DNA of 64,000 nucleotides from assembly GCA_017499595.2 (NCBI GenBank), contig CM039005.1, positions 1,798,001-1,862,000 of the forward strand, read 5' to 3'. This document shows positions 38,131 through 50,937 of this stretch, piece by piece. The translations under genes and the position numbers were made by a program. Each line of letters opens with the position of its first letter. The first letter of the stretch is position 1. The notes under the pieces were generated by a model. It did not search any database. It saw only the letters and a program-made list of their open reading frames with translations, and was not told where the DNA came from. Source of the DNA: Psilocybe cubensis. Its lineage: Eukaryota.

Positions 38131-40794
38131 ATGGAATTTACGTCGAAGACCAGCGTTCCGGGGCCACTTCCAGACGATGTGACGGTGCCCCAGTTCATCT
38201 TGGACACCCACCACCTATCCCGTCCCGAACGTCCTGCAGGCGTGCCATGGCTTATGGCCGACAAATCTGGACGTACATATGATCTAGAAGAGGTCATTGC
38301 TATTTTAACTCAGACAGTGCAGGAGTTTTGAAACGAGTTCTAATAGATTCACAAGCGTACCAATGGGCTAGCTGTCAGTCTCCGGGATGAATACCTCATT
38401 GGTGAGTTCACTGGATACCAGGATTGTCGTAGATTCTTATCTGCAAGTAGGTCAGAACGACGTTGGTATGTTACTGTGGCACGCGTCATGACAATACTAA
38501 AGTGGTTGGTGTCCCCGAAGTTATGCTTTTTAGCAACAATCACATAGGTTCTACTCGATTCACCAGATCCCAATTACCTATACTAAACGCTTATCTGCCT
38601 ACAGATTATCCGATATGCGTCTGGGCTATTCATCGGCTGCTTGGGATCGTAACGTGAGACTAATCAGCAAGTGCTTTATGTGTTACTTGTGCTGAACAAT
38701 TAAAAGGCCCTGTAACCCATCGTATACAATTGCTGAGCTTGTTGAAGCTATCAAACTTTCGAAATCAACGCTGATTATCACTCATTTCAATAATTTTGAA
38801 GTGGCAAGTGCTGCAGCACGGCAGACAGGCATACCAGCACAACGTGTGCTGGTTTTAGAAGACCAAGATAGCCCATTGACGAAAAGTCGCCAAGGAAATT
38901 TGCAGACTGTCGAGGCACTTATTCACAGAGGTTCTCTGAGTGGGGAAAAAGTGACCGGAAGAAAGCTCGAGAAGGGGGAATCTAAGAAGCTTGTCGCTTT
39001 CTATAGTTCATCAAGCGGTACTACAGGTGCACCCAAGGTATCAACCCCTTCAATTTTTTCTAGATTGGAATCGATCACTCAGTGAACCTATCTCAAGATG
39101 GTCATGAAATCACATTATGCATTCGTCGCAAACATCATTATCACCTCAGCTGCAAGCATCATAGGTCCAACATCTCCAAGGTTTACACCCGGAGACCGTT
39201 GTCTCGCCGTACTTCCTTTTTATCGTAAGCAATGTTCCGTTACACAGGGCTGACCGTTCCTGAATACATCGATTCGAACAGACATTTATGGGCTTTTTTG
39301 CGTTGTAAGCCCCATTTACTTCAGTGTTACTAGCCCTACTTAACGAAAACCCAGCTCCATATCAATTTCTTCGCTGCAGTATGTGTCATATTGTACAAAT
39401 GATGATACATGCTCACAAACATCGGATCACCCTGTTTACCTAGATAACCGTTGTCGTGGTTCCGAAATTCAGCTTCAGGGAGATGCTTCATAGCATAGAC
39501 CGACACAAGATTACGACGCTTATACTTGTGCCTCCACAATTGTTACTTCTTGTCAAGGTACGTCTACAATGTCAGGCAATTTGGTATCCATGACACCAGC
39601 GCTAACTCCCTTGATTTAGGAGCCCATCGTCAAGAACTATGACTTATCACATATAAAGGTCATTCTAAGTGGGGCAGCGCCTTTACCAGGTATGTAAACT
39701 ATACACTCAAACACGCCCTTGAAAAAATCGCTGATAGGACTATGCCACAGCCGAGGTTTATGACCAGCTCATCAAGTTGGTTCCTCATGCACACATATGC
39801 CAGGGATATGGTTAGTTTATCAAATTGCAGCGGGAAGGAGTACATCTGCTGAGCAGATTTCCCTGCAGGTTCGACGGAGACCGCAGGCGGCGTATCGATG
39901 CCTCCCCTGTACCCGAAGCACTGCCGGCTCAATACGAGCGGGGTCCTTGCGCCCGGCATAAGCGCCCGCGTTGTCAAACCTGACGGCAGCCTAGCGGGGT
40001 ACGACGAAGAAGGCGAATTGCAGCTCAGAACACCTGCTGTCGCAATGGGATACCTCAACAACGAGGCGGCGTATGTTGTTTTGTTTAATGTCTCTGATCA
40101 AATGATTAAATTTTAGGTTCCTATAGGACCCGAGAAACATTCCTTGAAGACTCGTAAGCACTTTTCACACTTGATGTTGACAAAATATTCAATAATGTGG
40201 TCACTGCAGATGGTTGCGAACAGGCGACCTGGTCAGAATAGACAGGAATGAAGAAATTATAGTGGTCGATCGCATCAAGGTCAATAATCTTCTACTCAAA
40301 AGAACCTTCAATTTAACCATCAATATGTTGGACAGGAAATGATTAAAGTCCGTATTATCTCTCCGTATGGGACCCTATATATTATAGACTAACTTTTTAC
40401 CCAGGTCCGTGGGTTCCAAGTAGCACCTGCCGAGCTTGAAGGGTGCATCCTAGACCATCCCATGGTCACAGATGTCTGCGTCGTCGGCGTGCCTCATCCA
40501 TACAGCGGCGAAGTTCCCCTCGCATTCGTCGCCGTCTCTCCACAAGGCCGAAAGTTGCCAGAGACGGTGCTAAAAGCCTCCATTCGCAAGGTGGCCCTTT
40601 TTTATTTCCCTTTAAAGCCCTCGCTCAATATGACGGTCGTTTTGCAGCATGTCGAGGAAAATAAGGCGCCGTTCAAACATTTGCACTATGTTGAGATTGT
40701 CGATTCTATTCCTAAGACACCGAGCGGAAAGTTGCTCAGGCGTGACCTGCGCGTGAAGGGAAGGAATTTAGTAACTGAATCTGCGAAACTATAG
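38131..40794 (+). CDS. AMP-binding acyl-CoA ligase (4-coumarate-CoA ligase-like) with peroxisomal PTS1, many introns
   Basis: P-loop YSSSSGTTGAPK, VLPFYHIYG, SGAAPL, QGYGSTE, WLRTGDL, DRIKEMIKVRGFQVAPAELE, IPKTPSGKLLRR and C-terminal -AKL*. Confidence 0.93.
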
Positions 40795-40999
40795 GCTAGG
40801 TGGATATTAATGTTTTCATTCTATGTAACCTCAATGTAGGATAGGCGGGTTTGTATGCCCTGCCAGCACCAAACACAGGTCAAAAATTATTCTTATACAA
40901 CACCTTGCTCGATATCTCGCCAATTAAAATTCAGCGGTTTGGTGAACTATTTAACAGTCTAGGGCGATAGCCAAAAAATGACCAGATTATCTACACAAA

Positions 41000-43257
41000 T
41001 TACTCTAGGGGAGGAGGCGGTTCCAGTTTTATGAACAGGAAGTATGTTCCTGTGTATTCAACCCATTTTCTCCGCCCTTTCTTGTCCGTGAGTGATGCCT
41101 TCGTAGGATCCCATTTATCAGGATCGTCGTAGTACTGGAAAATCAAATCCGAATCAAGCCCGCCATTGGGTGGGCCACCATGTAAAAGGACGGCCATCAT
41201 TTTCCAGCAATTTTGCAAGAAATTGACGAAATCTGGTTGAGGTGTCTGAAGTGTCACCGCAAAGTCGATGAGGACGACACATTCCACTTGCGCAGTTGGA
41301 TGCGAATACAATAAAAATTGGTTATCGTGCCAATCCATCTGTGATATATCCCCAATGTCCAGAATACGGACTGCATGGCGGCAGCTTTGAATCAAGAACG
41401 GATATATGAGCTCTATTGGCAAAAGATTCAGACAAGAATTGATACACGCACAACTTGGATCTGCTGCGCGGGACTCAACTCGCTGACGCGTTTAGAGTCG
41501 AGATGGTATCCGTCAATGTATTCCATGAGTAGTCCTTGAATGACAATGCCATCGGGTAGTGTAAACTGTCAAAAATAATAAATTAAAATAGTCAAATCAT
41601 TACGAGCGATATATACTACCTGGTGTTGTCCATAAAACCAAGGGATAACCGTTCCCTGTACAGAAAGAAGTTTTTCGTAAGCAGCTGTTTCGTTATCAGC
41701 AAATTCTTCTGCATTGAATACCCCCCTAAACCATAGCGGGACGGGATCTTCATTGTCAATCAAGTCATGTAAATCCTGGAATCGGTCGTCAAAAAGTTTC
41801 AAACACAGTACAGGGGAGGCGGGCACAGGGCGCCCATCGATCGAGGCAAGCTGGCAGCGGTAGACAGTGCAAAATCCCTTCTTCGCTCCTTCCGCTATCA
41901 TGTCGTGAATGTGAAGTGTAAACGATTTGCTTTGTGCCAATGCCTTGTCAAGCCCGCCTGGCGACAACGGTGACTCGCGGTGAATCATTTGGAGGTGATC
42001 CTTAGTGTCCAACGGTATCTCTGATGGGTCGAATGGATACACGGGGGGCGGAGTTTCTACATCTGGATTGAAACGTTGGTTTGTGATCCCATGCAGGGTG
42101 CTGTTAGCTTGAGCAACCAGTTTAGATTTACGTTGTAGCATATGTTTATTCCATCGAAAAAATTGAAGCGCCCTATCACGATCTCGAAGCAAGGTAGCGT
42201 GGTCAAAGTCAGAATTCCGACGACATGTAGCAATCAGGTGCTCATCGGGATGCAGAGGTTCGTCAGGGTTTTGGGGAGGGCCCATTGGAAGAATGCAATT
42301 TTTATCCCATTCGTCTACGTCCAATAGATCTGGCCATTTAATAAAGCCAACCGGTGGCAAAGATTCGAGCAAGCAAGCTGTTGATAACATTCTCAAAGTC
42401 GCTGGAATCTGGGATGTCAGTACCTTAATGAAAACATCTTTGCCTGTAGGGAGGTAACCTCCACGTCTGGGAAAGAAGACGACAATATCTTTGAAGTTTG
42501 TTACGATGACTGCAGCTGCGGATTCAGAAATCTTCGAAAGGGCGAATTTGAGACCAGCAGACCACGTTCGCCCATCAGGTCCGAAGGAATCTTCCGGCTG
42601 CAATAAAGTATTAACACCTTTGCATCATTATCAGAAATTATGCGAGGGTTACCACAAATAAAGTGTATGGAGGATTACGGGACTGGCTCTCGAATTCGCG
42701 AGCAGTAAAGGTGACTCCGACGATGGCTGTGACTTAGTGATCAACCACTGTGGAAATAATATAACAAAAGGCAGCCTCACAATTTCCCAAGTCAACTTTG
42801 GTACACCCTATGGTATCGTTTTGCAGCACGTGTGGATCATGGAGCTGGTTTAATACGCTGGCAGCAGGACTTATGAGAGCATGCATGTAGTCTGCAAGTG
42901 AGAGACTGCGTGCCGTGAGTCTTTGAGATGAACAGAATCTGTTATTATGCACACCTTGACGGGTTTGTGGATTCTACTGGCCATTCGATATATCGTTTCC
43001 TATTATAAGACACGCCGGTATGAAGGAGTCGCAGGCATCTAAAAAAGCTTTCGATGAGCCATAACGTCGTCCTCCCATTGTGTACAAGAAGACGGAGGAC
43101 CAGTGGGTGGAAATGGAACAGTTGTTAAAGAAGACAAGAAGGATGGCGGCGGAGCAGGAGCAATTTGATGAAAAATTTGATCCACACGTATTGCTTGAGT
43201 CATAAATGTCAGTGCCCTACGCGCTTGAGGTCGAAACCCTAGAATAGCACGCTTCAT
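41000..43257 (-). pseudogene. Atypical protein-kinase-like gene, copy 1; +1 frameshift in exon 1 (pseudogene or homopolymer error)
   Basis: Collinear paralogue of 43430-45723. Kinase-like motifs are VYRC, CLKLFD, E..AYEKL, IPWFYG, LLMEYIDG, SQMDWHDNQ and LIDFA. Exon 1 reads AAG CTT TTT TAG where copy 2 reads AAG TTT TTC GAA. Confidence 0.65.
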
Positions 43258-43429
43258 TAGTAGCAAGAAAACGCGACGGTGTCAAAGGTGCCACTGGTAC
43301 GTGTTCTTTTATAATAAACCTTCTCGCGGGGTAGCGTGTGAAAAATATCTTGTTCAATATCGCTCAGCAGTCAAATGTCTGGTGAAATATTGTATAATCA
43401 TATTTGTCAGTTAGAAATCTCTAATTTAT

Positions 43430-45723
43430 CTATGGAAAGAGCGGTATGGGTTCAGGTGGTGTAAGATTTATGAAAGGGAACAGAGTTCCTCTGTACTCGA
43501 TCCATTTTCTGCGCCCTTTCTTGTCCGAGACTGATGCAGTTGTAGGATCCCACTTGTCAGGATCGTCGTAGTGCTCGAAAATCAAATCTGGGTCAAGCCC
43601 TCCATCGCGTGGTCCAGCAAGCAATAGTACGTCCATCATTCTGGAGCAATTTTGAAATAAATTGACGTAATCCGGGTGCATTGTTTGAATTGTCATGGCG
43701 AAGTCGATGAGCACGGCACATTCTACTTGCGCAGTTGGATGCGAGTACAGCAAGAGCTGGCCAGCGTGCCAATCTGTTTGCGATATATCCCCAATGTCTA
43801 GAATACGGACTGCATGGCGACAACTTTGGATCTGGAATGGTTTATAACGAGTTTTGTCAGTTCTATCAGAAGATACGCAAAATAATCCGACACGCACAAC
43901 TTGAATCTGTTGCGCAGGACTCAACTCGCTGGCGCGTTTAGAGTCGAGGTTGTATCCGTCAATATATTCCATGAGTAATCCTTGAACGGCCGTGCCATCA
44001 GGTAGCGTAAACTGCAATATGTATTAACCAAAGAGCCAACGCAGGTGAACATCTTGAACAATAAACCATACCTGATGTTGTCCATAGAACCAAGGAATAA
44101 CCGTTCCCTGTACAGAGCGAAGTTTGTCGTAGGCCCACATCTCGATATCAGCGCATTCCTCGGCATTGAACACCGTATTGAACCACACTGGGATGGGGTC
44201 TTTATCGTTGATCGAGTCATGTAAATCTTGGAATCGGTCGTCAAAAAGTTTCAAACACAGTACATGGGAGGCGGACACAGGGCGCCCATCGATCGAGGCA
44301 AGCTGGCAGCGGTAGACAGTACAAAATCCCTTCTTCGCTCCTTCCGCTATCATGTCGTGAATGTGAAGTGTAAACGATTTGCTTTGTGCCAATGCCTTGT
44401 CAAGCCCGCCTGGAGACAATGGCGACTCGCGGTGAATCATTTGGAGGTGATTTTTAGTGTCCAAGGGTATCTCTGATGGATCGAATGGATACACGTGGGG
44501 CGGAATCTCTACATCTGAATCGAAACGTTGGTTTGTGATCCCATGCAAGGTGCTGTTAGCTTGAGCAACCAGTTCGGATTTACGTTGCAGCATATGTTTA
44601 TTCCATCGAAAAAATTGAAGCGCCCTATTACGATCTCGTATCAACGTAACGTGATCAAAGTCAGAATTCCGACGACAGGTAGCAAACAAGTGCTCATCGG
44701 GTTGCAGAGGTTCGTCAGGGTTTTGAGGCGGTCCCATAAGTAAAATGGAGTCATTTTTCCTTTTCATCATCAACGTCAATAAATCTGGCCGTTTGATAAA
44801 TCCAAGCGGTGGTAATGAGTCAAGCAGGCAAGCCGTCGATAAAATTCTTAACGTCGCTGGAATCTGGGATGTCGGCACTTTGATAAAGACATCTTTGCCT
44901 GTAGGTCTGTAACCTCCTTGTTTCGTAAAGAAGACGGTAATTTCTTTGAAATTTGTTACGACGACGGAAGGTGCGGCATTTGAGATTTTTGACAGTGCGA
45001 GTTCGACTCCGGGGGAGCATGTGCGTCCATCAGGTTCAAACAGCTCATCCGGCTGGAATAAAACATCATCAACACTACATAGTTATCACAAACTCTGTGT
45101 GTGCTTACCACAAACAAAATGTACGGAGGAGAAAGATTCCACTCCTTGTATTCCTGGGCAGTAAAAGTAACCCCGACGATGGCTGTAATTACCAGTCAAC
45201 AGTGCAAATAATATAACTAACAAAGGGCAGTGGCTCACAATTTCCGAGGTCAACTTTAGTACACCCTATGAGATCTTTCTGCCGTACAAACAAGTCGGAG
45301 TCGTGGAGCTGGTCAAATATCCTTGTAACAGGGGATATGAGAGCTTGCATGTAATCTGCCGGTGAGAGACTAGTAGTGTCCATGAGTCATTTTCAATAAG
45401 CAACCAATCGAGTTTTACGCATACCTTGACGGGTTCGCGGATTCTACTGGCCATTCGACGCGTCGTTTCCGATTATACGACACACCATCATGAAGGGATC
45501 GCAGACATTCGAAAAACTTTCGATGAGCTATTTCGCCCTCTTCCCAATGTGTACAAGAAGTCGGTGGACTGGGTGGAAACGGAAAAGCTGTTGAAGAAGA
45601 CAACAAGGATGGCGGTGGGGCAGGAGGGATTTGATGAAAAATTTGGTCCACACGTATCGCTTGAGTTATCAACGTGCGCACCCTGTGCGCGTATGGTCGA
45701 AACCCCAGAATAGCGCGCCTCAT
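43430..45723 (-). CDS. Atypical protein-kinase-like protein, copy 2 (intact), with an N-terminal mitochondrial presequence-like peptide, 6 exons
   Basis: MRRAILGFRPYAHRVRTLITQ... with exons joining through canonical GT-AG sites. The C-terminal domain has CLKLFD, EMWAYDKL, LLMEYIDG, SQTDWHAGQ and LIDFA. Confidence 0.8.
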
Positions 45724-46120
45724 TAGTAGCAAGAAAACGCGGCGGAATGTACCGTGGAATTTTAACGAAACTGTGAAAGCACACCCATTTAACTGAACCT
45801 GCGGAACACGTGAGCCTGTGAGGCTCCTGCTGGAGTTGGCGCCATATCTCCGCACGTACGGCTGATAGAGAACCAGCGTTAATTCGTGGGGTTGGCCGAC
45901 CCTAGTAAAAATGAGAGAGTGTCAAAAGCGTCGGAATCAAAACATTAAAACCACCACGTAAATCCCTCAAAAGAGATAGCAGTCAAACTTGCGAACACCA
46001 GACAGAGACGCCCACACAAGTACAAAGTACACTTTGATATTTCGGGTAGTTTCAAAAAAAAGGAACACAGCGTTTGTACAGAAGAACCAAAGGGGGTAGC
46101 AAAGCGAAAAAAAAAGGCTT

Positions 46121-47234
46121 CTAGTTGATCTTGATGAGCTCGACTTCAAACTTGAGAGTCGAGTTGGGAGGAATGATGGGTGGGTATCCACCAGCGCCAT
46201 AGGCCTATAAATAGACAAAACACGCGTCGAAAATGAAATGAAAGATATGGGTGGTGGGTGGCGCAAACAAATGACGCAAATGTGGATCGGCGCCAAACAT
46301 TGAGCAGTGATGAAAAATCCAAAATCGGTATCAGTCGATCAATCAAATCAGCGTTCGAGAAGATGAAAAGATCCACGTAGAAGTACGCACGTAGTCTGGG
46401 GAAACGGTGAGGATGGCCTTTTGGCCGAGGGAGAGCTGGGGAACGCCTAGAGATGCAAATCTGTCAGAGAAAGGGGGTGCAAGGAGGGAATGTAATGAGC
46501 CTCACCCTCGTCCCATCCCTTGATCACGCTGCCAACACCGATTTTGGTGACCAATGGGGAGCCACTGTAGACCATACAAGGAACAGGGGGAAAAGAAGAA
46601 GGAGGAAGAAAAATACAAAAAAGTCAGAAACACTCCTCAGACACGTCTCGAACAAAACAAAAAATCGCGCATTGACTCACCGCCTCCTGCTCGAGTCAAA
46701 CTCCTTGCCGTCGAGGAAAGTGCCGACATAGTGGATAGAAACCCTGTCTGCATAACACCACGCGCATACATGGCACCAAAACGTCAGTCCCAAATGCTCA
46801 TTGCGCAACATGTAAAAGAAGACGACACGTACCGCCTTTCTTGGGGAAGTTGACACCGTCTCCGGGGCTGATGGGGGTGATTTCGACGCCCTGCACAGGA
46901 CGAGTGTTAGCAAAATCACGCATTGACGTGTACCGGCTCCCCAAGCGCGCGCCTGCGCGTGCGCTGGACGCAGAAGTGGCAAGGAGTCGCGAAAGCATTG
47001 TGTTTGTGCTTATGGGGCTTTGGGGGGCAAGAGATGCGGGTGTGCGGTTCGTAGAAGGTTAAAAGATTATAGTGTAGGGTTGACGAGGAGGATGAAGAGG
47101 AAGTAAAAATAAAAGACGGTTCCGCGCCGTTATGCAACACCCCAACAAATCAGCATCTCTGCCCCACAAGTCGCGACCCTGCACATTGCACCATTCTCGC
47201 GGGAGGCATAACAACCAAAGGGCGCACGTACCAT
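46121..47234 (-). CDS. FPR1: FK506-binding peptidyl-prolyl isomerase FKBP12
   Basis: ATG-only coding exon 47232-47234 (ATG|gtacgt), then GVEITPISPGDGVNFPKKG|DRVSIHYVGTFLDGKEFDSSRRR|GSPLVTKIGVGSVIKGWDE|GVPQLSLGQKAILTVSPDY|AYGAGGYPPIIPPNSTLKFEVELIKIN*. Confidence 0.95.
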
Positions 47235-49394
47235 GTTAAAGAAATATAAGAATAAAAGAGAGCGAGAGAGAGAGAGAAATAAGAGAAGGGGCGGAGGGGG
47301 GGATGGGATAAAGACTGCGAGACTGTTGACGCCGATTCGATTTATACTCGCGTCTTGTCACCCCGACCCGTGACCCCACCGGATACAGGCGGCGGAGTGC
47401 GGATCAAGATCCGATAAGTACATAAGCCTGAGACGCGAGCTTGATTAGACCCTTGATTAGATCTCATCAGAGACCTTCATCACAAAGAAAGAAAAAAAGG
47501 GGTCAGTTTCTTTTTTCCCATTTCGCTTTCGTTTAGTTTATTCTACAAAGTATGTTCTGCCCCAACCCACCCACCATCTGCCAGGACGAAGAGACAATAT
47601 GGTCTTTTGTGGTTATATGCAGAATGCAATTTATCCTCATCCAGTAGCGTCCCGAAGTGGGAAGGAAGATTGAAAGGGCAGGAATGTTTATAACAAGAAA
47701 CGACTTGGAACGAGGAATTTTGTGAAGGTTAAAATGACCCAGGAACTCGAACCCCCGCCCCCCCTCCCCCCTTCCCCGCGCGTCCACATGCATGAAGCTG
47801 AGAACTCACGCTCCCAACTCCGATGGGATGCTACTCTATGTGGGTGTCGGCAGAAACTTCGAAGTTTCTATTTCGAGCCAATGTGCTCAGAAAGATGCGC
47901 GTGCAGTGCTCGAACAAGCAAGTCAAGGTCGGGAATCACGATCACGACGTCGACTGACTGACTTGACGAAACTGGATGCGTATCCCTACATACCCCATGC
48001 CAATGCCAATGCCAATACATTGAATACAAATGTAAATGCAGATGCAGATGAACAACCACACCATACCCTATATACCCAAGTCCCTTGCCCAAGGGACCAA
48101 TCGTAAAATTGAAATTTGACGTTGCATGACATGGGTCATGGCCACGACAAGCACGGCAGGTGAGGTGAGAGACACACACCCAAGAGAAAAACGCGAAAGA
48201 ACAAAAAGCACAGAAGAAGCATCTCAATTTCTCCGGTGTGGGGACCGTGGGGCGCAGAGCCAGAAGCACGGCCACTATCTAGTATCTAAATGATGACTAC
48301 ACACTGTATCAGTTATGTCAGGACGAGGACAACCTTATTTGCATGACGCATCTGGCAAGCCCATCGATAAGATAGAAGAACGCGGCGAAGACGCAGGATC
48401 GTGTGTGTGTAATAATGGCCCGCGAGTCGTATTGTCGTATTAATTAGTATGACATTCATTCTACTTCTAAACTCTAATGCAGGAACCTGGAAGAACATAT
48501 CTATATACACTCCAGGTCCTCTCATTTCGTTTCGATTTAAAGAAACGGTACGATCTGAATACCTCTGCTACAAAGTCAATCCCAATGATCCAACCAAATC
48601 ACTACCGTGACTACCTAAAAGCAAAAACATCAAAAAGACTGCGGCCAACGTCAATCATATCTATACCAATTCTCGCACATTCGAAGGTCCCGGGTGACAC
48701 CGCGTCAAATCCCAAGAGATTCAGAACAGCAGAAAACCAACAAAAAAAAACCTCAACTAAATTTACCATTCGAACAAGTTACAATTGACATCGATCTCCT
48801 ATCCCAATTAAATTAAACCAACGTCAAATTACACCCTTACAAGGCAACTATGCATGTATATATGCAACACATGATATGATATGATATCATTCCTTTCCCT
48901 TTTCTCTACTGTATCTCATGAGAACATGAATATAAATATAAGGTTGGAGCGAGATAGACTCTTGACTCTGAGAACACCGATGAGTTGCCTAAACCTTGTC
49001 CAATACTAGGACTCCCAATGTCTATACTTAGACGCCCGCCCACTGGGAACTGCAAGCAAGGCAGGATACTTGCGGATGCACGTCGGACAATGTCGCACAC
49101 AGACCCTGTTGAGTAAAAAAAGGTTCGTATGGTAGACATCGCCTGTCCCAGGCTGCGCAAGACGTTAGTTATTATTTTATATCCCCAGTCGGTCAATTGC
49201 ATCAGAAAAAATTAGGCCAACACCAACACCAACTAAACTTAAAACTCAAAAAGAAAAGAAAAAAACAAATGACCAGTAAAAAAAAATCGTGAATGTGATA
49301 AGACGAATTGAAACGAAACGAAGAAAAAAACCAGTCAAAAAAACCCATTTAACAAATTGAAAATCCCCTCAACATTCCGAAAAAAATGACGGAT

Positions 49395-50937
49395 TTATGT
49401 GCCAGCCATACCAACGATACCAACGGTGTCTCTAATCTTCGCGATTTCAAACGGCGTCAGCGACCCCTTGGCAGCACACAAAAAGTCCTCAAACGCAAGA
49501 TGCACATCCGCCTCCGTCTTAAACTCGCTCCTGGAAAAAGAAAAGCAAAGGCATACGCGTAAGTCAGGGGGTTACCACCCACCACAACCAACAACAAAAA
49601 GCAAAAAACAAAAAAAGACGCACTGCAAAAACGCGTAAAGCCTCTCCCAAAACCCAGGATCCGAAACCGTATCATGGAACGTCGACATAATCTCCTTCGT
49701 CTTCGAGCCTGGGCTGGTAGGGATAACACCCGCGTCCATATCGAGCGTCAGCACGATGTCCTTCTGGCTGCGCTCCTGCGCGGGGGTGCCTTCTGACGGC
49801 GACGGCGAGAGCACGACGCTCGGGATGCGGCGGTGGCCACCGGACGAGGAAGACTTTGCGGGCGTCGAGAGCGAGCCTGAGCCGAATGAAAAGGGTTTGC
49901 TGTTAGGGGTGTCGGTCATTGTAGTATCTTTCTCTGTCGTGGCTGGAGGGGCAGGGGTAGGGGTAGGAGCGGTTGGATCCCAATTTACACCAGGTTTACA
50001 AACGAGGTTCACGGTATCGCCGTCTTTGATAGTGTACTCTTTCAAGAGCTTGTTGTCAGCGAGCGCTTTGCCTTTCAACAGGAGCCGCTGGGCGTCGGCG
50101 GGCGGGGCGTGCGGCTGGGCGGCGATGAGGAGTTTGACGGCGGAGATGGTGTCCGTGGGGTGCACGGGGAGCGTCACTGCGAACGGCGGCTTGAGCGACT
50201 TAAATGTGACGGAGAGCGAGGCTGTGTGTGTGGTTTAGGGGCTTGTTGTCAGTACGTGTATATATTATTGAAAAATTCTGATTTAGAAGACAGGGATGGG
50301 GCGGAGGCGGTGTGCAACGGAAATGGAAATAAATGTGCTTCGATAGGAAGGTGCATGCCATGTGTGCATCGCTCGTGGTTGGGGCGTGCCGTGCGACTGG
50401 AAAGAGGGCTTACCTGACGACGATGCGGTGTCTTCGACGCGCTGTTTACGTGCCGGAGGAGGTGGAACAGGGATCTAAACAAAGAGAAACGCAGCAGTCA
50501 GCCTCAAGTTCATTTATCGTAACCAAGAGGAAATGAGTACAGGGGAGCTGCGACGAGCACGACGAATGGGAAAGAGAGGTGAGGTGGATGGGAAACAAAA
50601 GAAGGAAAAAATAAGAGACATTTTAAACTACAAGACCCGGCAAAAGTCGTAATCACCCAAGCCAGACCGACAAAGTCACCAAGCACAAGAGGGGGTTCCG
50701 CCCGACCGCCAGCCTTCACCGCCATCCTTCACAGACACAGACAGAGACACAGATACAATCCCATCTTCACAAACGAATAAATATAAAATAAAAATAAAGA
50801 CAACGTACAGGCAGCACCGGAACCCGCTTGAGCGACTGCTGAGGAGGCTGCTGATAATCGTCCGCATACGCGACAGGCTGTGTCGCCAGCGTATTCAGAA
50901 ACGTTCGCGCGAACGCTCTCTCAGCTTGTTCCGCCAT
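49395..50937 (-). CDS. Ubiquitin-like domain protein, Get5/Mdy2 (UBL4A)-like, 4 exons
   Basis: N-terminal MAEQAERAFARTFLNTLATQPVAYADDY (resembles the Get4-binding region), UBL domain with DTISAVKLLIA...QRLLLKGKALADNKLLKEYTI, and C-terminal FWERLYAFL|SEF...FEDF dimerisation-like helices. Confidence 0.8.

Noticed and set aside
22260-40794. Secondary-metabolite or aromatic-catabolism gene cluster (CYP53, 4CL-like ligase)
   Set aside because: The genes are separated by unrelated loci, and the window has no backbone synthase, transporter or cluster regulator.
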